Assembly (NCBI GenBank): GCA_043228905.1
Contig: JBHGNT010000002.1
Location: 1,550,001 to 1,614,000 of the forward strand
Length of the DNA: 64,000 nt
Source of the DNA: Azolla caroliniana
Lineage: Eukaryota; Plantae; Polypodiophyta
Reading direction: 5' to 3'
Shown: positions 39,621 to 51,770 of the stretch, piece by piece
Position numbering within the stretch: the first letter of the stretch is position 1
Layout of the letters: every line of letters starts with the position of its first letter
Made by a program: the position numbers and the translations under genes
Notes under the pieces: generated by a model
What the model saw: only the letters and a program-made list of their open reading frames with translations
The model's database searches: none
Told to the model about the DNA's origin: nothing

Positions 39621-42600
39621 TTATGTATCAGTCTGTGAAAGGCGTTGATAACCTCGTCTTATAGACCACAAAACTTCCCCAGCTTGCTTCATAGTAGGCC
39701 TATCTTGCCGGGTTGGTGCTGAACATCGAAAAGCCAACTCAAAAATCTTCTGAAGAAGATTGTATACCGCATTTGACCTCTCATGCTCAAGTCGAGGATC
39801 CACTATCTTTGCTATATCTGAATGAATGAAGTTATCGTATGCCTGATAGGTAACTTCAAAACATTAGCACAATATCGTATGATCATATTCACGAGAAGAA
39901 TACCTAGAAGTCTAATATTTGGGAGGACTAGGTTCAGAAGTTAATTTACAGCCCATATTTGAATGTGAAATCATGATTGTATGCTTTAATTTGTTTATGT
40001 GATCCTAAATAGCTGTTGCCATTATTTTTATATAAATTCTAAAGAATATAATGCATTTCTAAGTACTCCATCCATTTCTAAAGAATATAATGCATCATTT
40101 CATTTGCAAGAAAGAGTTCAGTTCATTACACTGTTTTGTGGTTTGTAGAAAAAGAGAACTAACATAAGAATCATAACCAGAATAAAAGAAAGAACACTAA
40201 CCCATCGCACTGTAATGCGCTCATCTAAACTTCTATTATGTTCAATGGGTCGTCTCCCACTAAAAATCTCCACCAATAGTATACCAAAAGCATAGACATC
40301 TGACTTTGGCGTCAATCGATAAGTTTTCACGTATTCTGGATCTAAATATCCAGCAGTGCCTTTGACTTTGGTCATCACATGGGTAGCACCTGACTCCATT
40401 GGCCCTTCTCTAGAGAAGCCAAAATCAGCCACTTTTGCTCGGAACTTTTCCGTCAACATTATATTCGATGATTTCACATCTCTGTGAATAACTGGCTTAT
40501 CTGTCAAAAGAAATTAGATATATTAGAAAATAAGCATATATGATGTTTACATTTCTGAACATTGTTCTGACATGATCAGCTAACAGTCACACATTAGATC
40601 ATTGCATGGGATATGCATCCTTTTGTAGGCGAAAAAATGACAATCACTCTTGAGTTTATCCAACAATCATGTTCTCCAGCAAGAAATTAACATAAAGAAG
40701 ATTTGCACCCATAACCACTTAAATTAAACGTTAAATGAAAGAAAGAAGTCAGAAATTACACAAAAAGCCACAAAATATTTCCTATTCCTTACTAATCCAC
40801 GATGCATGTAAACCAAAGCTTAAGCATGCCACTGAACCAAATCCACGATGCATGTGACATGAGGGGGTGTGCTCCTTTGCAGATAGATGGAGTATTTGTC
40901 AAAGTCTCATGATTGCATGACAACTGTTGTGGAGTTCTAACGGTATTTCTAGTAGATGCTACCTTAATCTCCTTTAAATTCTTCAAATCACACTCGTATG
41001 ATGTCCAGTATGATTGGTGGGTTGGTCTTGACATGGAGCATGGGATCCTTTCAAGTCCATGGAGTATTTGTTGAATGTCTTCCATTGAAAAACTGAAAGA
41101 TGATTCGGGATTTTCATAATAATGCCAAAAAAGTGTCCAAGAAGTTCTAAGTGATCCGACCATGGCCCAATGCCAGGGCAACACTATTACCATGAGAAGA
41201 AGCTCAAGCAAGGGAATGAGAAGCGAGAAGTTGTCAATGATCATCAAACTCTGTGAGAATAATGGATTATAGCTTCATATCTTGAATTAATTTCCATTTT
41301 TTAAAGAGTTCTAAAGTTTCAATATATTTTATATGTATATAATGTAGCTCATGAATACATTGAATATATATATATACATGGAAAATTTTGGAAAGCTACA
41401 TATATATGCTTCTTTTGTCCTTTTAACTGTATTTTACAACTCATTAGCCTCATTCTCATATATCTATTGCTGAAATATAGTGGAAAGAAAAACATAGTAC
41501 CTGCGTAAAGATGGAGATAGGTGAGGGCATGTGCAATATCAATTGCAATATCCACACGTTGACAGAAGTCCAGAACAATACCAAACTTGCCTGCAATGAT
41601 ATACAGGTTAACTACGGTAAATGGTATACAGACATCTAAATACAAAAGATCACTCACAGTCGAGATGCTCTCGCAGGTTGTGATTCGCAACAAACTCTTC
41701 CACTAATATTCGTTCTTTACCCGCCTCCACATAGCCGATCAATCTTACAAGATTTAGATGTTCTATACTAGCTAACATGTTGACTTCATTCCGGAACTGC
41801 TCCGTCAATGTGCCAAAGCTATCCTGTACATACAATTACTGATCACTCATCATACGATATTTGCAGCTTTTACTTTAACAATTTAAGTGTTGAATTATCT
41901 ATAGAGAATTCTATCTATCTATCTATCTTCCAACAAATTCTGTATTTATACTCCAACTTGAAGTACAATTAAGTGTTGAACTATCTACCTATCTATACTC
42001 GAATAAATTCTGTATGTATAATCCAACTTGAAGTACCTTCCTTGCTCGCTTGATTGCTGCAATAGTGCCATCTTTGAGTTTTCCCTTGTACACAGTACCA
42101 AAGCCTCCTTCCCCAATTTTGCATGATATGGAAAAGTTTGAAGTAGCCTTGATGATTTCAGACATAGTAAAAACGGTAGCTTTTCCAATGGGCAAGATGG
42201 ATGGGGATTGTGAAGGTTCTGGAATTGCTATTATGCAGAACAGGATACCATTATTCACACAGACCCAAAAAAATGGATACTCTAAAACACTTAGCACATC
42301 AATAAACCCATGAATATCTTTTATGATAGGCCCTGATTTTTATCACACATTTTGCTCTTTTCTGGAAATGTTAAAACAACAAAATTCTCAACTTTTGTTT
42401 ATGGTCAAACAGACTAGTTTTTTATTTTACGTCAGGGCTGAGCAAATTGCAATGTCACACAAGAAAATATAGGGAGAAAGATGATGAGAAACGTATTTAT
42501 TGTTTAAGAATAAATTTATTTGAGGAAAATTTCATCCAGTCTTATCCATGAATGGTGGAAAGTCAACTCACAAAGTGATTTGCGTTCTTGAATATGCTCC

Positions 42601-42749
42601 TTTTCCAGCACATAGAAACATGGGCAGATAATGCGGAGATATGAAGCAATACACCCATATTGTTTTGGTTCCTGGTTGTCTTTTATAACAGGATCTTTAT
42701 ACATTTCAGGAAAGACAGGCGACTGTAACTGACCACCTATCTGTTGCAT
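39621..42749 (-). CDS. Calmodulin-binding receptor-like cytoplasmic kinase (CRCK-like, RLCK-IV); exons 42572-42749, 42037-42227, 41658-41823, 41501-41590, 40202-40500, 39621-39842
   Basis: ATSNFSISCKIGEGGFGTVYKGKLKDGTIAAIKRARK; IEHLNLVRLIGY...NLREHLD; RVDIAIDIAHALTYLHLYA/DKPVIHRDVKSSNIMLTEKFRAKVADFGFSR...THVMTKVKGTAGYLDPEYVKTYRLTPKSDVY; SGRRPIE...ERITVRW. The true start may lie further upstream (acceptor-like site at about 42787). Confidence 0.88.
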
Positions 42750-43976
42750 GCCTCTACTAGCTGAATATCCTTTGAAAACACTGTCACTGAAGAAGTAAAT
42801 GCATCACTATCCACATAATAAATGATCAGAAGAATCCTAAAATGCCCACAGGCATCTTCACCTGGAAAACTCTAAATTCTACATAAAGGCACTGGAAAAT
42901 GCATAAGTACCCACATGACCTTCACGATGATATGGCAATAAGAAGACACATCTGCATGATTGGAAATAACACAAATCCATCCTTTTCATTCACATCACAA
43001 AGTTACATCTTGCCCTTGCAAAACCCTAATGTCCCCTAACAAAAAAACGGTCACTGAAGAAGAAAAAGATAAATACCCACTTGATAATAAATGAATCCAC
43101 ACACACTACCTGATTAAAATATTACACATCCATTGTTCTCAAATCAAGAAAACTACATCTTCAGCTAAAAAACTCTAATATGCCCTCATGTTTGCAGGTT
43201 TTTTAATCATCCACATACATCGACATTCCGATAAAATCCACTTCCTAAAGAAGAAAATGCGTAACACCTCACACCAGCCATGTGATCATTCAGTGGTAAA
43301 AGATGCATCCACAAGCCTTCCTGATTGGAATAACATAAAATCATATAACATGTACCTACATGGTTTCTTAATAAAAGAAGATAGATTCATCCTTCTCAAA
43401 TCTGAAAGATACAATAATAAAGGATGAGAAAAACATGCAATTTAATTCTGGATTTCCTTTAAACGACATGACCTCCACATTTCTTTATACTGATGGATCT
43501 CTAGAGGTTAGTGGTTCAAGAAACCATGGAAACTAGATTTGTTTTCTGCTATCCCTTCTCTAGGCATCACAAAGACAAAAGATTTATAAAAGCTGGGCCT
43601 CAAATGCATACCTTATGAGCAATTGGAGTCGGAAAACTGATCAGATTTGGGTCCTTCCGAGGCGAAAAAGGGGAGCCTCGGAAGAGGGAAAGATGGAAAG
43701 AAAAGAATTGAAAACTCCTAATAATATGTATACATATACTACATATACATACATACATACATGATATCTATCTATCTAGAGAGCGAGAGCGAGAGCGTTA
43801 TATATATATAAAGAGAGAGAGAGAGAGAGAGAGAACAGAAGGGAGTGCAGAGGAGAAGAGAGAGTGGAGATCATTTGAGTGCTAGAAATGGGTTTAGAAA
43901 AGGAATAAAGTATAAAAGATGAAGAAAACAGAGAAGGAGAGCGAGTGGAAGAGTGAAGACCCAATTGGCCTAGGAT

Positions 43977-44121
43977 TTGACTTTTGACCACAAAAGCTTT
44001 ATTATATCCATGACTTTTTGACTTTAGCCATGGATGGCTTGGGCTGGGTTGGGTCAGGGCCCAAGGGGGGGATGTAAGACCAAAAAGACCCATGGTAACT
44101 AACACATGGGTCTTTTTGACC
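43977..44121. promoter_or_regulatory. Cluster of four W-boxes (TTGACY) in the probable CRCK promoter
   Basis: TTGACT 43977, TTGACC 43984, TTGACT 44008, TTGACC 44116. They lie just upstream of a CT-rich, TATA-like region on the minus strand. Confidence 0.5.
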
Positions 44122-46029
44122 ACAACCTTTATCCATGGCTACGTTTTTATCATGGGTTGGCACTATCTATCTAATGCTATTGAATGCCATCGTAACACAA
44201 GCTGAGTTTAAGTTGATTCGAAAGATCTTTTTATGGAGTTCAAATCCACCACCTCCTTTCAAGTTAGCTCTTGGAAATAGGGCGTTGGACCTGTATAATA
44301 TTGGTGCTACAATGAGTCTATTATAGCATGCATTAAGCTATGAAAATGGTAATTAGAGGATAAATTAACAGAATGATTACAATGATCTATTAATGAGTTA
44401 GTTAAGAGAACTCAAATTAAGCAGAAATTTAGCTAATCTCTTAACCTTGGATTACTATGAATCATAAATAATGGGAATTTGGTTTGGGTTATAGATGTAG
44501 TATCAAACATGTTTTACTCCAACACTTCCCATATCGTGGAGAAATGTGAGTAGAATTTGTTGATCGTTCGGCTTTGTTCTTTCATTTGTGTTCCAAGGAA
44601 AACAAGTTTTCTTTTCCTGTATGGTGGTGACATTGAAATTTCTTCTTGTGAACTCCCCAAAATAAATTCAGATCAGCTTATTGTAATTGATAAAATGCTA
44701 AAATTCTCCAATTACTGTTTTTTTGAGGTCAATACTCACAGATAATCAGGAGCATAAATAACAAAGCTTACCCAATCAGATTCTCTAAATAAACTCGCAT
44801 ACATCAACATGCCTCGAGTGACGCAATCTATACTAATTGTAAAATCCAATTGCATTGCAATACAAAAATAATTTAGTTTTGTAAAAATACAATTGAGCTA
44901 ATTATAGGGTTGCTTTCAAAATGTCAAGCACTACGTTAAAAAAAGCGTAGAGACAATTATATAGGGTTATTTTATGTTAGGGTTATACATCTAGTCGGTG
45001 GCGTCGTTGTCGTAAAGGGATACGACCAATTGGTGCCACCACGATTCCACACTTGCCTCAACTACAACCACGCATCTCGACTTGGTTCAATGACCCAACA
45101 CTCCTTGGAGATCCACCTGATTCGACTCATTGGAGTTGATTTACATTCTAGACTCAAAGTTCTTTAGTATTATTGTTCTTAGGGATTATTTGCATTATTT
45201 TGGAACAAATGTTGTGTAGTCAAAACCATGTAATGTATTTCATGTGCACCATATAACGGACATGCAAAGTTTCTCTACATGTGTGCCACATGGCCCACAT
45301 GCTTTATATCGCGCACATGCACAAGCTTCTCTAGGTGTGTGCCACGTGGCCTACATGTAATGACATCAATTTAGTATAAGAGGGAGGATTATTTTCATGG
45401 ATGGTGGGAAACAATCAAAGAGTCCTATTTTGTTAAGGGTTTTTTCTTGAAGAAATAGTGAATTTCCTATTTTGGCATTTCTTTCTTCCCTATTTTGGCA
45501 TTTCTTCTTCGTCTGCGTTTGAGGAGTAGCGCTGTATGGTATTTTCCTTATAATTCTCAATTCTAACGTCTGTTTTCGACGTTCTATAGCTCGTTGGAAA
45601 GCTCTTCCACGTCAACAAATTATAGATACAGCAAAATAATGAGTCTTCAAAACAGTAGTGGAACCAAACTTTTCATGGCTTGCTTGATGTAATCCATAAC
45701 AAATCAGTTTATGGCAAATATAGAATAACAAGTAAACCTTCCAAAACAGTAGTAGTGGAACCAAAATTTTAATGGATTGGTCGATGTAATCTATTACAAA
45801 AGAGGTGGTGCCAAAGAACTTGCATTTACATGAACTGTAACAAATATACAATTTTAAGAACGTATTTTTGAGTTCCTATATCATGAGCACCAAGAATGTA
45901 GCATTTAAATTTTATACAGACACAAGTAAAAAAACCTCTATCGAAACATTCAATGGATTAACTATTGCACCCTCTTTTGCAAATGATAGTACAAAAGGTG
46001 AGAGAATCTTAACAAATAATGTAAACTAA

Positions 46030-46935
46030 AACAATGGAATGCAGGTCTCTGCCCCCAATCAAATTCAGAGAATTTTTAGCAAACCTTTTTCAAGGAAGGG
46101 AAATTACTACAATTTATTCTCTTCAATAGGTCAGGATCATTTTCGTTCAGAAGTATGTCCATCTTTCTCATTGCTTTCGAATTTTGCTTGGTTGTATGCA
46201 GAACTATATTGAGCATAATATGATCTATTATATCATTGGAAGATGGTACATGTTGAATGTTTTCACATCCATTACTTATAAAACACGTTGGCTTCTCTAT
46301 CAAGATCATGGCCAGTGTCAGATTCTTCATATACAGGGTTTCCCTGTTGGTTTCCATATCCAGACTGATGAGTTGCTTGTTCATAATTAGTTTCAGAATA
46401 GCCATAATGTGTTGTGCACATAAAGGTTCCAATAACCTGTTGAAGAATTTGAGGCTCGTACATATACAGAATGCGACGTACCCTAATTGTTCGTCATGGT
46501 TTTATTATCATAATTGTATTCAAAACTCTCTTTCTGATTTATAGAACCAACTTTCCATATGGATGATATTGAGCCTCTTGTCCTTGTTGGCATGGTTTTC
46601 CTACTTCATTTTTTTTTTCTTGTTGTGAAGTTCCTTCTCTGCCCAATGGCTCTCCAATACCAGGTCCACACCCTTCTTGAGGAGGCTGATGGGGTAGAAC
46701 ATTGTTACATAAGAAGAAGATGTACCAGGGGGTCCATAGCCTTGAGGTAAAATCATTTTGACCATATAGTTCAGCTTGTCCATAAGTGTTTTGTGATGAA
46801 GCACCTGGAGGCTGATCAGGATGGGATAGTTTGCACCCTGTACTTGTTGAGTATAACCAATATGTCCTTTGTGGCTATAATAGCCATGACCTCCTGGTGG
46901 ATGGATGAAGCCTTGACAACAGACCTGGAAACTAA
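46030..46935 (-). mobile_element. Degenerate LINE reverse-transcriptase remnant
   Basis: Fragment QHIMAILKLIMNKQLISLD resembles LINE RT A.LKLDF.KA.D; frames are broken. Confidence 0.35.
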
Positions 46936-46937
46936 CA

Positions 46938-47708
46938 TTTTTTTCCCCAGAACCCATTTTCGTTTTTAAGCATAGAATCTATATTCATTTGATTAGCTCT
47001 TTGATAGTTTCCTTCACAATCATGTTCTTTTGCATGCATAGCTTCTATGGTCGTTTGATCAGCTATCATAAAGTTTTTGGCAGGCCCCGGTATATAGCAT
47101 TTGTAATCAATACATTCCTTCTCAATACTAATTCCATCATCTTCTATGACAGGACCCTCTTCTCTCAGAGTTTCTCTCTTCTTCTTCTTCTTCTTCTTCT
47201 AAGAAACATCCCAAGATTTTATTTCTTAAACATTAGGAATTCCTGAAGAATCTTGATTCTGGGATGCTGCTTACCCACATTTTTAGTGTGTAAATGGCCC
47301 CTAGACGCCCAAAACTTGTATCCTTGCTTTCTCATAGTACTCTAACTTGTTTAGAGTAGAACTTTGGTGTATAAGATTTACATTGATAGTGAATTATTTC
47401 TGGAGTCCTAGGTCCCTGTGGGTTTTACCTCTTTGAGGGTTTTTCACGTTAAAATTTTGTGGGGTATTGTGCATAGCTTTTGTTGTGTATCTTTCTTGTT
47501 TCCTTTGAACAATATTTCTGTCTCCAATCCATAAGTTTCTGATAAGAAGATACCCTGCATCAAAATATCCATCCACAATGCCATGAACCTCCCTACCGAT
47601 AACATTGTTTTTAGCCTCAATTGGGGTAGTGCCATTAGTCTTCCTAATCCTAGGTTTCTTTACTTTATTTTCTCCCTTTAACACTTCCTCTGACTTGGGC
47701 TTAGTCAT
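46938..47708 (-). pseudogene. Truncated, disrupted inverted copy of the MNM1-domain gene
   Basis: MTKPKSEEVLKGENKVKKPRIRKTNGTTPIEAKNNVIGREVHGIVDGYFDAGYLL is nearly identical to the start of the 35735 ORF. About 270 bp of foreign DNA then replaces about 210 bp. Homology resumes with indels at 47268-46938, and the 3' half is absent. Confidence 0.93.
47269..47542 (+). mobile_element. LTR-like fragment replacing part of the pseudogene
   Basis: No homology to the intact gene. Contains GGGTTTTTCACGTTAAAATT, similar to the reverse complement of ATTTTACGTGGAAACCC in the LTR at about 48496. Confidence 0.55.
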
Positions 47709-48414
47709 TTCAAAGGTTCCAGTGTTACCAGAAACCTGGCATCCAAAAATCCCAAATATTCAAAATCCAAAGACATGTCTTCCAGCATCAAACACAAACA
47801 AACAAGAACAAAATTGAATCTTAAAACTACTAAAGAATTCCCAAATTTGGGTTGTGGTTCATAAATTACTCAATTCAAATGGGATGTGAATACATTACAT
47901 ATTTTATCGTTCTTCCCAATCGATACTAAACATGCATAACGCAAAATATATGGCCAACTACACATATTCAATCAACATATATGGTTCATATATGTGATTG
48001 ATATTAAACATGTATTGCACGTAATATATAAAGAGCAATTACACGTACTCAATCGGTGTCTAAGGTTCATATAATGACAATCTTTCCAAGTTCTTCCCAA
48101 TTAAGAAATGGCCTAAAACACAACTTGTTCCTCCTATAATTAACTACACTTACTAATTATCCATGTTATGATGCAACAAAGATTTTCTATATTCAATTTA
48201 AAGTTATCAAAGGATGTCCTAAAATCGTACATCATTAGATAACCTAAAATCTTCACAATTCCTATTTCAATTATACTCATTTGTTTAAGTATATTATTTG
48301 CTATTTTCACTCTATTCAAGTTTAAACATGCTCTCTAACTCATCTTAAAGGGCTTTTATATTTCCAATAACACATGCTTACATCTATCTTTGGGGCAAAG
48401 GTTTAAGTCATTAC

Positions 48415-50627
48415 TGTTGAGAAATGAATCGTCAATCCACAAGAAGGAATGCGCTGAAATACATAATTTGAAAACATAGAAGAAAATGTACACAGATTTT
48501 ACGTGGAAACCCTAAAGCGGGAGAAAACCACGGAGACCAGAGCTTCACTATACAATGGATATACAATAACGAGATTAGAGTACACCACTCTCTACACTTA
48601 GTGTATCAGCCGCGTAGGGCTCTTGGCGTATGTTGTTATAGAACACAACTATAGTGCCGCGCACACAGACTCACATCACATTCTCACACTTCTCTATCGT
48701 TAACTACAACAGAGGATCACACACACTGTTCTCACTCCACACATGCTCTCGCAACTTGCCCTAAGTGTATTTATACTCATACCCTAAATGGGATATTTAT
48801 AAATGTAACCACTGCTACAGTCATTCCTATTATTATCTAATATTAATAATAGTCGCACTAATCAATCAACTCATTCGATCGGTTGATTGGTCTTCGACTG
48901 TCTGCTCTCTTCGAATAGTCGGCTCCTCCCACTGGAGGGACATATTCCTAACAAACTCCCCTTTCACTCTTGTGGGGAGGAGTTCATTATTCATTTCCTT
49001 TGTCGACAAACTCTAAGTCGGTCCATCGGTAGGTTCTTTGTCAGCATGTCGGATCCATTGTCGCAAATATGGATCTTCACGAGGGTAAACTCTCCTTCTT
49101 CGACTTTCTCTTGCAACTAGTGATACCTTCTCTATATGTGCTTGGTACCGGGAGTGGTATGCAACATTCTTGGCTAGATGAATGACACGTTGGTTGTCAC
49201 ACTGAAGCAAGAAATCCGTTTGCTTAATCCCCAACTCGCTGAGAAAGTTTCTCATCCAAATCAGCTCCTTGTCGGCATCTACCGTTGCCATATACTTTGC
49301 CTTTGTGGTCGACAAGGCCACAAACTTCTGTAGTTGTGATTGCCACGACACTGCTCCCCTTGCATAGGTCATCACGTACCCTGACGTGGAAGGGTTGAGT
49401 CTACATCCCCCGATATGTCCGAGTTGGCAAACCCTTTGAGCATGGGTTTTCAAACACCATACTTAAGACACACACTCGAGGTGTCTTTTAAGTACCTGAA
49501 TATCCATTTCACCACTACCCATTGTTCTCGTCCTGGATTACTCATGTATCGGCTTATTGTTCCCACAACAAATGCTATGTCTGGTCTCGTGCTGACCATA
49601 GTGTACATTAAGTTGCCGACAGCTGAGGTATATGGTACTTTCCTCCTCTCAACCTTTTCTTTCTGCCCTCTCGGGCATTGCTTTGCATTTAACTTGTAGT
49701 TAGTCGGCAACACTGAGCCGACCGGCTTTGCTTCCGACATGTTGAATCTTTCTAGGATCTTCATCATGTATTTCTCTTTTGACAACCACAACACTTTCTT
49801 AGTTCTGTCCCGAACTATGTGCATCCCTAAGATCTGTTTAGCCGGTCCAAGATCTTTCATGACAAACGATTTGCCTAGAGCTTTCTTCAAGCTTCCGATC
49901 TTCCTTGTATCTTGACCGACTATCAACATGTCATCTACATATAACAAGAGAATCAAGAAGTCAACTTTATCGTACCTTTTGACAAACACATAATTATCAG
50001 CCTGTGTTTTCTAGAACCCATGTTCCACCATGAAGGATTCGAACTTCTTGTACCATTGGCGTGGAGCTTGTTTCAACCTATACAAGCTTTTCTTCAGTCG
50101 ACACACCAAATTCTCTTTCCCTTTCTCCACAAAGCCTTCGGGCTGTTGCATGTAAATTTCTTCATCCAGCTCCCCGTGCAAGAATGCCATCTTGACATCC
50201 AACTGTTCGATCTCCAGATCCATGCTGGCAACTATGCTCAAAACAGTTCTAATGGATGTCATCTTCACGATTGGAGCGACTATTTCGTCAAAGTCGACGC
50301 CCTTTTTTTGTTGGAAACCCTTCACCACAATGCGGGCTTTATACCTAGGCACATAATCGACTTCTCCAATCTTCACCTTGTAGACCCATTTGTTTCAGAG
50401 TGTTCTCTTACCTTTCGGTAATTCTACTAGGTCGTAGGTGTAGTTTTTGTGCAAGGAGTCCATCTCATCTTGCATCACGTTCAGCCATTTCTCTCTATGT
50501 TCGTTGGCAATGGCTTCATCATAGCATTTTGGCTCACCTTCATCAGTCAAGAGGATGTATTGACTGGCATATGTCGTCGGTCCTCATGGAATATGTGCTT
50601 AAGTGAGCTCCTGACCTTTAGTTCGGC
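48415..50627 (-). mobile_element. 5'-truncated Ty1/copia retrotransposon: RT/RNase H with stops and frameshifts, PPT, and 3' LTR 48415-48953
   Basis: RYKARIVVKGFQQKKGVDFDE, QLDVKMAFLHGELDEEIYMQQPEGF, LKQAPRQWY, LLLYVDDMLIVG, VALSTT.A.Y. PPT (revcomp GAAAGGGGAGTT) at 48954-48965; LTR termini TGTTGAG...CCTAACA. Confidence 0.93.
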
Positions 50628-51770
50628 AACCCATACAAAAGCAATGGTTTGGATGGGAAAGTGCAATTTGACCATCTAAGAGAGAATGGGTTTATGTTAT
50701 GCACAAAATCTTAGTTTTCCTGTATTTTTTTTTCCATAAAAAATATCCTCCGTTGGTATTAACATAAAGTGGCCAAACGCAATATACAAAAAAGTCCAGT
50801 ATTACAAAGAAAAATACAACATAATTAACTAGAAAACTATTGAACACTCATGCAACTATAAGAGTCTCAACAACATTGGGCTCAAGATTTTGGCCTAATC
50901 AAGACCACCCCATATAAAACAAATAGCTTCACCTACAGAAAACAGCACCTCCTCCACCGTATTGCTGCTCAATGCAAATATCGCATTCAGCGCTGCTTCC
51001 AAAAGTATATTTTCAATGCAAGTTTTCCTGTTAATTTAATTTAGGAGCTTGACATTGACTACCACATGTAGATTTGAGCATTTGATGGGGAATGGATGTT
51101 AAAGACAATATGCATTCCATTGGATACATATTTTCAATAGCAAAAAAACTTGATTCTGAAAGGAATCAAAACACCACACATTAAATATGAGCATTTGAGG
51201 AGGTAGGGATTGTAAAGACAAGAATATCTGTACCATTGAATACATGCTTTCAATAGCAGAAAAACTTTAAGATTACTCATTTTTGTGTGGCACTAAACTT
51301 CATCCTTTGTTGGAACCTTTTGTTTAAGTGTCCATGAGACGTCCCATCGAGCCTTGTTGAACATTCTACCAAGGCATTGGAGAATCAAATTTAGATTTCC
51401 AAGACTGCTTTTATTGAAAACAAAAACCAAAATGAAAGGGTAGTAACCAAACCAATGAAGCTATATTTCACTACATGGACTAGGGAGTAAAATCCAGACG
51501 CACAAGAATTACTCGGAAGTCATTAGCTTCTAGAGAATTAGAAACAAAGAAACCAATGCGCCGTTACAAACAAGGCCTTCACTGCATGGAGTTTCAGAGA
51601 ATGGAATTTTGATGAATAAATATGAATGAATGTATGTGTCCTGGATTGAATTTGACAAGGGATATATGAATTGGAAAAGAGTTGAGTGGAATGTTTTGAA
51701 CTCAGGATGAAGAAAATCTCTTACAATATGATGGTTATAAATGTATACATATGTGACATTTGATTGCATA

